A stretch of 57,165 nt of DNA from an uncultured bacterium (GTDB lineage: Bacteria > Gemmatimonadota > Gemmatimonadetes > Gemmatimonadales > Gemmatimonadaceae), in assembly GCA_963978095.1 (NCBI GenBank), contig CAXBQP010000011.1:1-57165 (forward strand). The letters are read 5' to 3'. The translations under genes were made by a program, and so were the position numbers. Shown piece after piece: positions 22,770-33,306 of the stretch; position 1 is the first letter of the stretch; each line of letters opens with the position of its first letter. Under the pieces are notes generated by a model that was not told the origin of the DNA, did not search any database, and saw nothing but the letters and a program-made list of their open reading frames with translations.

Positions 22770-23990
22770 TCACCGCTTGTTCCGCAACCACTCGAGCGGA
22801 TCCACGGCCCGTCCGTTGGGGCGAATCTCAAAGTGCAGATGCGCGTCGAGATCCGGGTCCGTCTTTCCCACGGTTCCGACGGTCTGCCCCTTGGCGATCG
22901 TCTCGCCCTTGGTCACGCTGATGCGCCCCAATGAGGCATAGACGGAATAATCCCCACCGCCGTGCTGGATGAACACCGTCGGGCCGTACGTTCCGAAGCT
23001 CTCGCTCACGAGCGCCACCACGCCGTTCGAGACCGCCTTCACCGGAGTCCCCACGCTGGCCGCGATCCCGACCCCATTCCAGCGGATCGTGGTGTTGTTG
23101 GGATTCACGGCCTTCCCGAATCGATAAATGATCGTACCATCCACTGGCCAATCGAGACGTCCGAGATCCGAGGTCCGCAGCGTGCTGGCGACCGGAGCTT
23201 TGGCGCCCGGGCGCGACTCGGCGCGCTTGCGCTCGGCCTCGAGCGAGGCGAGCGTCGCCACGATCCGTGCTTCATCCCGGGCGATCTGTTTCAGCCGCTC
23301 TTCCGTCGCCTGTTGACGTGCCTGCACCTGCGCGAGGCTGCGCGACCGCTGCTTCTCCAAGCCCGCGAGCCGCGACTCTTCCGCGGCCTTGTCCTCTCGC
23401 GAGGTCGCGACATCGGCGCGCAGCCGCATGAGCGTTTCGCGTTGCGCCGCGATCTGTTCCCCGAGTTTCTCGACCCGGTGCACCAGCGAGCGGTCACGCA
23501 TGGCCACCAGGTGCAGATACTTGTAGCGCGCTACGAGGCTGCCGAACGACTGCGCCGAGAGCAGGGCCTCGACGCTGTACAACGGTCCGCGCTTGTAGAT
23601 CTCGCGCACGCGATGCTGCAGAATGGCCTTCTTGACGGCGACTTCGTCCTGCGCCCACACGAGCCGCGCCGTGGTCTGGCGTTCTTCCTCGCCCAACGAC
23701 GTGAGCTGATTGTCGAGGGAGCGTACCACGCGCGCGGTCGCATCACGCTGCCGTTCGAGGTTCGTCCGCTCCTCGGACAGATCGTGGACCGAGGACTGGA
23801 GTTCACGCATCCGGCGCTCGAGATCCGCGCGCTCGGCCTTGATGCGGTCCAGCTCCTCGCGCTGCGTGCGCAGGCGCTCGGCGGCCGGCGGCTGCTGCTG
23901 CGCCGCCAGCGGCGCTGCCAGGACGGAACTCGCGACGGCGACGTACAGACCGAGCAGCCCGCGCACGGCGCGGCGACGGCTGGGTGTCAC
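22770..23990 (-). CDS. envC: Murein hydrolase activator EnvC (coiled coil + degenerate M23 domain)
   Basis: Signal peptide, long coiled coil, LDWPVDG, WNGVGI, LHFEIR; directly downstream of ftsEX. Confidence 0.85.
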   Translation of the reverse strand: MTPSRRRAVRGLLGLYVAVASSVLAAPLAAQQQPPAAERLRTQREELDRIKAERADLERRMRELQSSVHDLSEERTNLERQRDATARVVRSLDNQLTSLGEEERQTTARLVWAQDEVAVKKAILQHRVREIYKRGPLYSVEALLSAQSFGSLVARYKYLHLVAMRDRSLVHRVEKLGEQIAAQRETLMRLRADVATSREDKAAEESRLAGLEKQRSRSLAQVQARQQATEERLKQIARDEARIVATLASLEAERKRAESRPGAKAPVASTLRTSDLGRLDWPVDGTIIYRFGKAVNPNNTTIRWNGVGIAASVGTPVKAVSNGVVALVSESFGTYGPTVFIQHGGGDYSVYASLGRISVTKGETIAKGQTVGTVGKTDPDLDAHLHFEIRPNGRAVDPLEWLRNKR

Positions 23991-24835
23991 ACGCTCCGGA
24001 GGTGCCGGCTCACACTGAGCGCACTGCCGACGAAGCCGAGCAGCGCGCCGGCACCCACGCCCAGGATCACGAGTCGCGCATCGAAGAATTGGGCCGCGAT
24101 CACGAAGCGCGTGATCAGCGAGTACGACACCCAGGTGAGTGCCAAGGCGAGCACACCGCCAAAGGTTCCCTTCACGGCCCCGTCAATCAGGAACGGGCTT
24201 CGGATGAACCCGTCCGTGGCCCCCACCAAGCGCATGATGGCGATCTCCCGCGCCCGCGCGAGCACGGCCATGCGGATGGTCGAACCGATGATGATCACCG
24301 CTACCCCGGCGAATGCAAAGCCCAGGACGAGCCCCGCCAGCGTGGCGATGTTCCGGATGCGATACAACTTTTGTACCCATTCCTCGCCGTAGCGCACGTC
24401 ATCCGTGAAATCGTACGTCTTCAGGCGTTCCGCGACCGCTTTGACCGTGCTCGGGTCGCGGAACCCCGGCTTCAGACGCACGTCGAGTGACGCGGGCAGG
24501 ATACCGGCCTCGAAGACGTCGCTGAACTCGCCCAACTCCTTGCGGGCCCGCTCCAGGGCCTGCTCGCTGCTGACCAGCGCGACGGACTGCACCTCGGGAA
24601 AGGCCCCGATGTCACCGGCGGCCGCGCTCGTCGCTTCGGCCGCCGTTCCGTCGGCGACGAACGCACGGATCTCGACCCGGTCCTCCACCTGGGCCAACGC
24701 CGAGCGGATATTGAGCGCCACGAGGCCGAACAGCCCGAACGCGTACAAGGAGAACGCGATGGTGGTGATGCTCAACAGGCTGAGTACCGGCGAACGCCGG
24801 AAGCCGTTGATCGCTTCGCGGGTGGCGAGGCTCAT
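23987..24835 (-). CDS. ftsX: Cell division permease FtsX
   Basis: TM helix plus periplasmic loop; TIRMAVLARAREIAIMRLVGATDGFIRSPF. Confidence 0.93.
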   Translation of the reverse strand: MSLATREAINGFRRSPVLSLLSITTIAFSLYAFGLFGLVALNIRSALAQVEDRVEIRAFVADGTAAEATSAAAGDIGAFPEVQSVALVSSEQALERARKELGEFSDVFEAGILPASLDVRLKPGFRDPSTVKAVAERLKTYDFTDDVRYGEEWVQKLYRIRNIATLAGLVLGFAFAGVAVIIIGSTIRMAVLARAREIAIMRLVGATDGFIRSPFLIDGAVKGTFGGVLALALTWVSYSLITRFVIAAQFFDARLVILGVGAGALLGFVGSALSVSRHLRSV

Positions 24836-25536
24836 GCGCTCCCTTCCCCTGACGGGGACGCGATCGTTCCCGGAGCTGCCGAGTCGAACACCAGCGCACC
24901 GTGATTCAACTCCAGCGTGCGGCACTCCGCGCGCTTGACGAGGTCCAAGTCGTGCGTCGCCATGATGATGGTCGTGCCGGCGGCATTGATGTCGCGCAGC
25001 AGCTGGAAGACGCCGCGCGTCGCGCGTTCGTCGAGATTCCCCGTCGGCTCGTCGGCGATCACCAGCACCGGATCGTTGGCCAAGGCGCGGGCGATCGCGA
25101 CGCGTTGTTGCTCGCCGCCCGAGAGTTCGGGCGGGTATGCCGTCGCTTTGGAGGCCAACCCGACCTGCGTCAACAAGCGGGCGACCTTCGGGGCGATGCT
25201 GTCCGCCGGCGCCCCGGTGACCTCGAGGGCGAAGCCGACATTGGCCTCGACCGTGCGGTCGTCGAGCAGGCGGAAATCCTGGAAGATGACGCCGAGCTTG
25301 CGACGGAGTTTGGGGACGTCGCTCCCGCGGATGGCCACCGAACTCATGCCGGCCACGCGCACCTCGCCATCGTTGGGCCGTTCGTCCAGATAGCAGAGCT
25401 TGAGGATCGTGCTCTTGCCGGCACCGCTCGGTCCGGTCAGGAACACGAACTCGCCGCGCGCCACGTGGAACGACACATCGCGCAGTGCCATGCCCGTGCG
25501 CGGGAACTCCTTGGTCACGCGGGTGAATCGTATCAT
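24832..25536 (-). CDS. ftsE: Cell division ATP-binding protein FtsE
   Basis: GPSGAGKST, IFQDFRLL, LSGGEQQRVAIARA, ADEPTGNLD. Confidence 0.95.
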   Translation of the reverse strand: MIRFTRVTKEFPRTGMALRDVSFHVARGEFVFLTGPSGAGKSTILKLCYLDERPNDGEVRVAGMSSVAIRGSDVPKLRRKLGVIFQDFRLLDDRTVEANVGFALEVTGAPADSIAPKVARLLTQVGLASKATAYPPELSGGEQQRVAIARALANDPVLVIADEPTGNLDERATRGVFQLLRDINAAGTTIIMATHDLDLVKRAECRTLELNHGALVFDSAAPGTIASPSGEGSA

Positions 25537-25543
25537 CCGCCGG

Positions 25544-25843
25544 TCAGCCCACGCCGGGAGGCAGCACCGGCCGGTCGGCCGTGGCCTTCACCAGGCGAAC
25601 AATCTCGGAGAGCGTGACGCCGGCGAGATCGCGGACCACGACACCACCTCGCGGTACGGTGTCATCGATCAGCACGGGGGCGAACTCATGACGGCGCGGC
25701 CCGTAGACCCACACGAACTCGCCGTCGACCACGGCCCGCATGGCGGCGTCGTCACTGCGGAGTCGCACGAGCGGGCCCCGTTCAGGGTCCCCTTTCCGCG
25801 TCGCCACGAACCCGACCACCTGCAGCGGCGGATTGAAGGCCAT
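25544..25843 (-). CDS. Small protein resembling a molybdopterin-dinucleotide-binding/double-psi barrel domain
   Basis: MAFNPPLQVV...VRLRSDDAAMRAVVDGEFVWVYGPR...IDDTVPRGGVVV; ATG overlaps the upstream stop (TAATG). Confidence 0.7.
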   Translation of the reverse strand: MAFNPPLQVVGFVATRKGDPERGPLVRLRSDDAAMRAVVDGEFVWVYGPRRHEFAPVLIDDTVPRGGVVVRDLAGVTLSEIVRLVKATADRPVLPPGVG

Positions 25844-26397
25844 TACTGCACGGTCCGCAGCGGATGGTAGCCGTGCCCGGCCTGTCGGACGAGTCGCCGT
25901 TCGTGCAGGAGCTCCAGGATCCGCTGCACCTCGGCATGATCCCGCCCCGCGCGTTCCGCGAGGGCCTGCACGGAGGTGCCACCCATCGCGTACACCAGGT
26001 CCCAGAGGGCGCGCTCGTCGTCGTTCACCGCGCCGACCAGGCGCGCGCCACCGTCCGCGAAATGGACGACCATCGCGAGCCCGTGATGGTGCAGCACATC
26101 CTCGATGGCCTCGAGGTGGTGGTCGGTGATGCCATGGAAGGTCACGATGCCCCAGGTGCGCGCCGGCGTCCCGTGCGGCGGATCCTGCAGCAACTTGGCC
26201 ACGACCTCGTCCGCACAGGAGAAGTCCATCATCCCGATCTGCGAGAAATCGAGCGTCGCCGTTTCGTCGGCCGGGAGGAGCGCGAGCTCCTGCTCGATGC
26301 ACCGCCGCACCGCCGCGCCAGTGGAGCGCGTGACGAGATTGCTGTACGGCAGCTTCGCCGAGTGGCGGAGGACCGTCCCCACATCGATGCGCGTCAT
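25843..26397 (-). CDS. STAS-like (DUF4325-type) domain fused to a C-terminal winged helix
   Basis: LVTRSTG...LDFSQIGMMDFSCADEVV; C-terminal TSVQALAERAGRDHAEVQRILELLHERRLV. Confidence 0.72.
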   Translation of the reverse strand: MTRIDVGTVLRHSAKLPYSNLVTRSTGAAVRRCIEQELALLPADETATLDFSQIGMMDFSCADEVVAKLLQDPPHGTPARTWGIVTFHGITDHHLEAIEDVLHHHGLAMVVHFADGGARLVGAVNDDERALWDLVYAMGGTSVQALAERAGRDHAEVQRILELLHERRLVRQAGHGYHPLRTVQ

Positions 26398-27290
26398 GAC
26401 GCGGGGGCCGAGAGCTCGCCGGGGATGATCACGCGCAGCTGCGCCCCGGGAAAGGGCGCCAGGTTCTCCTGCAGCGGCACTCCGTCGTCCCACGACGGAA
26501 TGATGCCGATCCGCGCGGTCCCGCTCCGAATGGTCAGTTTGCCGTTGCGACGACCGATGTACCCGCGCGTGCCCTTGAGGCCCTGTCCGCGCCCGGCATC
26601 GGGGAAACGACTCACTCCCTGGATCAGTGCCGTTTCGAGCGCCAGCCCGTCCCCCCATCGATCGGTGATCGGACGCCGATTCCCCATCTCGAGCGAGCGA
26701 CGGAAGCCCATCCCGGGATCGCACACCACGATCTCCGCCACCCAGCGGCCCGCCAAACGCTGCCGGTACTGGTACGCCTGCGCCATCACCCAGCCGGGGC
26801 GCCCGGCGTGGTCCACGATGTTCTGGACCGTTTCCGAGAGCGCCATCGTGAAGCCCATCTGGGCGCGCGGCTCGAGCTTGAGCCGCGTCGTGAGGATGTG
26901 GCGCGCTTGCTCGGCGATCCGCTCCACCACCAAGTGCACGTCGGAGGCCGCCGCGATCGGCGTGATGCCCAGCAGTTTGTCCCCTTCATCCGTGGAGCGC
27001 ACCCGCGGTACGCTGCCCTGCACGTCGAACAGCGCTTCCGCGTGGCGGAAGAATCCGGCGCGACTCCAATACGTGGACACGTTGCCGTCGATCGGAGGGA
27101 GGAACGTCGCCTTCTCCGACCGCGTCTGCCCCAACGTGAGCATCGCGGTCAGGCCGTACGGCGTGCCGAACGTGCAGTGACGCGCATCGACGATGACTTT
27201 GGCGTCCTCGGGCTGCGCGGCAAGCTGCTCGAGCACCTGCTCGAAACTCTTGTCGTCCAGCGAAGGCGGCACAGTGATGACGGCAGTCAC
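26394..27290 (-). CDS. STAS-like domain + HATPase_c (anti-sigma/serine kinase-like)
   Basis: VIVDARHCTFGTPYGL (STAS-like); SETVQNIVDHA (N box), DPGMG (G1), GRGQGL (G2); no HisKA domain. Confidence 0.8.
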   Translation of the reverse strand: MTAVITVPPSLDDKSFEQVLEQLAAQPEDAKVIVDARHCTFGTPYGLTAMLTLGQTRSEKATFLPPIDGNVSTYWSRAGFFRHAEALFDVQGSVPRVRSTDEGDKLLGITPIAAASDVHLVVERIAEQARHILTTRLKLEPRAQMGFTMALSETVQNIVDHAGRPGWVMAQAYQYRQRLAGRWVAEIVVCDPGMGFRRSLEMGNRRPITDRWGDGLALETALIQGVSRFPDAGRGQGLKGTRGYIGRRNGKLTIRSGTARIGIIPSWDDGVPLQENLAPFPGAQLRVIIPGELSAPAS

Positions 27291-28282
27291 GAGCGGTGCA
27301 ACTCTCCCCGTAGATAGTGGGCCAACCCGGTAGCGCCGCGATGCTCCACATTGCGCGCCGCCGCAGCGAGCGCGCGCTGCATCGCTACAGACATAATATC
27401 ACCGGCGACGAGTCGCGAGAAATAGGTCGCACCCCACACGTCGCCGCATCCCGTCGGGTCGCCCCCGTCGGGCGCCTGTGCCAGGGACGGCGGGACGAGA
27501 GCGGTTCGCACCGCACCGAACGCGTTGCCGGCGGTCGCGTGGCGCGACACCGAAACGTCCGCCAGCTGTTCGAAGCCCGGTGCCGCGAAATACACCACGC
27601 CACGCGCGCCCATGGTCACCACCAAGTTCTGGACCCCCTCCCCAAGCGCGAGCGCCGCAAGGGCCATCGGATCCGCCGCCATCATCGCCAGCTCGTCCTC
27701 GTTGACCTGCACGAGGTCAAAACACCGGCACCACGCGGCGACGTCCGCGAGTGGTTGATAGGTGCGCAGCCCATCGGCCTGCACGGCCAACACCAATGAG
27801 TGCAAGTCGCAATAGATGGGGCCGCGGTAGTGCTGCCGGAGCAGCTGCGCGGTCTCCAGGTCGAGTTCGAAACCGCTGATCAGATTCACATACAGCGCAT
27901 CGAGGCCCTTCAGGAGCGGCTGCAACCCGGCCCAACTCCACCCGGGAACGCCACCGGTCAGTACCTCGCTCCGGCGCTCAGCGTCCCGATAAAACAGTTC
28001 CACCCGGTTGTTGCGATACGGCACCTCGATCGGCTGCGCGTCCGGCGCGAGGCGGCGCAGCGTACGCAAGAACTCCCGCGCCTGGGGCGCGAGGTCCTCG
28101 CCGACCTTCACCAGCGGGACGAGCTCCCAGTCGTCGGGAAGCGCGGCATCGCATGCGCTCAAGGCGTAGGTAATGCCCCCCCACTCCTCGATCGGCGCGC
28201 CGCGTCGGTCACGCCCGTGAATCACGTCCCAGACGAAGGTGCCGATCACGCCCAGCCGTCGGCGCCGCGACGGCCGCGTCAC
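27287..28282 (-). CDS. PfkB-family carbohydrate kinase
   Basis: GTFVWD, WGGITY, QVNEDE, VTMGARG, DPTGCGDVWGA. Confidence 0.82.
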   Translation of the reverse strand: MTRPSRRRRLGVIGTFVWDVIHGRDRRGAPIEEWGGITYALSACDAALPDDWELVPLVKVGEDLAPQAREFLRTLRRLAPDAQPIEVPYRNNRVELFYRDAERRSEVLTGGVPGWSWAGLQPLLKGLDALYVNLISGFELDLETAQLLRQHYRGPIYCDLHSLVLAVQADGLRTYQPLADVAAWCRCFDLVQVNEDELAMMAADPMALAALALGEGVQNLVVTMGARGVVYFAAPGFEQLADVSVSRHATAGNAFGAVRTALVPPSLAQAPDGGDPTGCGDVWGATYFSRLVAGDIMSVAMQRALAAAARNVEHRGATGLAHYLRGELHRS

Positions 28283-29277
28283 GCCTCGACAGGATGCTGC
28301 GCGAGGAACGTCGCAACGGCACCGACCGTCCCTGCGGTCCCGCCGAGCGCCCCCGGGACGATCCGGCAAGCCTCCACGGACGGCTTGAAGGCGCGACGCC
28401 GCACCTCGGCCCGCAATGGCCGGAACAGATCCTCCCCGGCCTGTGCCACGCCGCCGGCCAACACCACCACCTCGGGATTGAACAGGTTCAGCAAGTTCGC
28501 GATGCCGGTGCCGAGGAACCGCGCCGTCTCGCGCACCACCTCACGCGCGACATCGTCCCCCTTGGCCGAGGCGTCGTACACCATCTGGGCCGTGATCTTC
28601 CCCAGATCGCCACCGCACATGGCCGTGAGCTGCGACTCCTCGCCGCCGGCCATCCGCTCCCGCGCACGCTCGGCCGTCGCCGGCCCGGACGCATACGCTT
28701 CGAGGCAGCCGTAGTTGCCGCACTTGCAGCGTCGGCCGTTGGCATCGATGGTCGTATGCCCGATCTCACCGGCCGCGTCGCTCGATCCGTGGAACAACTT
28801 GCCGTTCAGAATGAGCCCACCCCCGATTCCGGTGCCGATGGTCATGCCGACCACATGCTGCGCCCCACGGCCGGCGCCGACCCACCACTCGGCAAGGGTC
28901 GCGCAGTTGGCGTCGTTGTCGAGCACGCCGGGCAACTTCACCACCTCGGAGATCCGGTCCCGCAACGGGAAGTTCGTCCAGCCGAGATTCGGCGTGGTGA
29001 TCACCAGCCCCTGCTCGCGATCGAGCGGGCCCGGAGAGCCGATGCCGACGCCTGCGAAGTCCGCGCGTGTGGCGCCCGTCTCCGCGATCGTCTGCGCGAT
29101 CACCGACTCGATGCTGTCGGTGATGCGGCGGACCACCGCATCGGCGCCCTCGGCGGCGAGCGTCGGAACCGCGCGCATCGCGATTTGGCGCGTGCCGTCA
29201 GCGGGCATCGCGCCGACGGAAATCTTGGTGCCGCCGAGGTCGACGCCGACGACGTAGGTGCTGGAAAGTCGGGACAT
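28279..29277 (-). CDS. ROK-family kinase (glucokinase-like)
   Basis: GVDLGGTK, GIGSPG, DNDAN, GTGIGGG, GEIGH, CKCGNYGCLEAYAS. Confidence 0.93.
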   Translation of the reverse strand: MSRLSSTYVVGVDLGGTKISVGAMPADGTRQIAMRAVPTLAAEGADAVVRRITDSIESVIAQTIAETGATRADFAGVGIGSPGPLDREQGLVITTPNLGWTNFPLRDRISEVVKLPGVLDNDANCATLAEWWVGAGRGAQHVVGMTIGTGIGGGLILNGKLFHGSSDAAGEIGHTTIDANGRRCKCGNYGCLEAYASGPATAERARERMAGGEESQLTAMCGGDLGKITAQMVYDASAKGDDVAREVVRETARFLGTGIANLLNLFNPEVVVLAGGVAQAGEDLFRPLRAEVRRRAFKPSVEACRIVPGALGGTAGTVGAVATFLAQHPVEA

Positions 29278-29296
29278 GGAGAGAAAGATGGGGGGA

Positions 29297-30358
29297 CTAC
29301 GCCGACGCCGCGAGCACCGTCGCCAGTGTCGCCTGAACATCGCCGATTCCAAGATCGCGCATGCAGCGGAAGTGGCCGCGCGGGCACGCCGGCGGTCCGT
29401 GATCATGACACGGCCGGCAACCGAGCCCGGCCACACCGGCGGAGGCGTGACGTCGGGCCAGCGGCCCGAAGCCGAACTCGGGGACCGTCGGCCCGAAGAT
29501 CGTCACCGTCGGCGTCCCGACCGCCGAGGCCAGATGCTGGGGAGCCGAGTCGTTGGTGACCAATGCCGCACAGCGCCGAATCAACTCTGCGGACGCCAAG
29601 AGCGGCAGTTGGCCGGTGGCATCGAGCACGTGGTCGCGGCCTGCGGCACGCACGATCTCGGCGGCCAGCGCGGCATCGTCGCTGCCGCCGACGACCACGA
29701 GCCGATACCGATCGCAGAGCGCGGCGGCCAGGTTGGCGTACCACGGCCATCGCTTGGTGCCCCAGATGCTCCCCGGTGCGAGCGCGATCCACGGTCGGTC
29801 GTCGCGCGGCCCCTGACCCAGGACGGCATCGACGCGCGCGCGCTCGGCCTCGCCCGGATACAGCCGCGGACGGATGCGCGCCGCATCGCCGGCGGGCGCG
29901 CGGTCGCCCACCGCCAATCGCCACAGCCGCTCGGCGTGGTGTTGCGTCCGGTCGTAGTGCACGCGCGCCGAGTAGAGCGCGCGGCCACTCGAGGTGTCGA
30001 ACCCGACGACGGCACGGGCCCCGGCGAGCCGCGCGAGCGCGGCGCTCCGGAGTGACCCTTGTGCCAGATAGGCGGACCCGATCACCCGCTCGGATCCGTC
30101 CGCGCGGCGCCGAAGGCGCCGTCCGAAACGCCAGAGCCCGGGGAGTCCCGCGTCGGCCCCACGCTTGTCGAACACGATCACATCGCGGACCGCCGGGTGA
30201 TGCGCGAGCAACGGAGCCCCGCCCGGCGTGACCACGACATCCACGGGACCGCGCGTGGCCAACTCCGCCACGAGCGGTGTGGTCAGCACGAGGTCGCCGA
30301 GGAAGCTCGTCTGAATGACCAGCGAACTGCCGCCACCGGTCGTGCGCGCCGTGCCCAC
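29297..30358 (-). CDS. waaF: Glycosyltransferase family 9 (LPS heptosyltransferase II-like)
   Basis: SFLGDLVLTTP, APGSIWGTKRW, NDSAPQHLASA, IFGPT, CRPC. Confidence 0.8.
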   Translation of the reverse strand: MGTARTTGGGSSLVIQTSFLGDLVLTTPLVAELATRGPVDVVVTPGGAPLLAHHPAVRDVIVFDKRGADAGLPGLWRFGRRLRRRADGSERVIGSAYLAQGSLRSAALARLAGARAVVGFDTSSGRALYSARVHYDRTQHHAERLWRLAVGDRAPAGDAARIRPRLYPGEAERARVDAVLGQGPRDDRPWIALAPGSIWGTKRWPWYANLAAALCDRYRLVVVGGSDDAALAAEIVRAAGRDHVLDATGQLPLLASAELIRRCAALVTNDSAPQHLASAVGTPTVTIFGPTVPEFGFGPLARRHASAGVAGLGCRPCHDHGPPACPRGHFRCMRDLGIGDVQATLATVLAASA

Positions 30359-30361
30359 GAG

Positions 30362-32158
<1,797 letters not shown>

Positions 32159-32394
32159 AGTGGGTCGGGATTCGGGACGGTTCTGGAATAGCCTTCTAAT
32201 ATAGCTCGCCCGTGTGGGATTCCCTACCGGTGTGGCGCCGGCGCCGGTGGCCGTGCCCTCCCGAGCCGGGAGGGACGGCAAGCCCCCAGCCGCTCGGGAA
32301 CCGGTGGCGCGCCAAGCACATGCACGGCCCCCCGCGTAATCACACACGGCCCTAGAGCCCCCATTCCCCCAGCACTACCTTTACCGGGCTGACA

Positions 32395-33306
32395 ATGGCC
32401 GATACCAAGAAGCGCGCTGACCTCGTCGACCCATCCTCGCTCGCCGCCCTCGGGCGGATCGAGGTCATTGCGCGTTGGGTGGTGGAAGGGTTCCTGACCG
32501 GGTTGCACAAGTCGCCCCGGAAGGGATTCTCCGTCGAGTTCGCCGAACATCGCGCGTATCAGCCCGGCGACGACCTCCGCTATCTCGACTGGCGCGTGGT
32601 GGCCCGGGCCGACAAATGGCTCATCAAGCAGTTCGAGGAGGAGACCAACCTCCGCGCGACCATCGTGCTCGACGTCTCCAAGTCCATGCACTGGACCGGC
32701 TCCCCCGAGCGCATCACCAAGCTCGCCTACGCCGAACGGGTGGCCGCGGCCGTGGCCTGGTTGCTGCTGCGCCAGCGCGATGCCGTCGGACTCATCCGCT
32801 TCGACGACCAGGTCCGCACCGTGATTCCGCCGCGGGCGCGCTCCATCCAGTGGCGACGCATCATCGAGGCGCTGGACGATCCCGGCGCCGGCAAAGGCTC
32901 CGACGGGCCCGGCGCCCTCATGCACGCGGCCCGGATGGTGACCCGACCCGGAATGGTGGTCGTGATCTCCGACCTGCTCGTGAACGAGGACGAAATGCAA
33001 ACGGCGATCGCCACGCTCCGCGCGGTCGGCCACGATGTCACGGTGCTGCACGTCATGGACCCCGCCGAACGCGACTTGGGCGTCGCGCGCAGCGAGGCCG
33101 ACCTGGTCGACCCGGAGACGGCGCAGGAGATCAACGCGATGGTCAGCGAGATGCGCCCGGCATATCGCGACACGGTGCTCGCCGCGATCGATGAGTGGCG
33201 TGGCCGGTGCGCGGCGAGCGGTGCGTCCTATGAAACCGTCTTCACCGACCAGCCCTACGGCATCGGACTCCGCCGCGCCTTCGCCGCCCGTCAGGCCCTG
33301 CCGTGA
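32395..33306 (+). CDS. DUF58 family protein (vWA-like, MoxR-associated)
   Basis: GLHKSPRKGFSVEFAEHRAYQPGDDLRYLDWR, DVSKSM, ISDL. Confidence 0.9.
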   Translation: MADTKKRADLVDPSSLAALGRIEVIARWVVEGFLTGLHKSPRKGFSVEFAEHRAYQPGDDLRYLDWRVVARADKWLIKQFEEETNLRATIVLDVSKSMHWTGSPERITKLAYAERVAAAVAWLLLRQRDAVGLIRFDDQVRTVIPPRARSIQWRRIIEALDDPGAGKGSDGPGALMHAARMVTRPGMVVVISDLLVNEDEMQTAIATLRAVGHDVTVLHVMDPAERDLGVARSEADLVDPETAQEINAMVSEMRPAYRDTVLAAIDEWRGRCAASGASYETVFTDQPYGIGLRRAFAARQALP

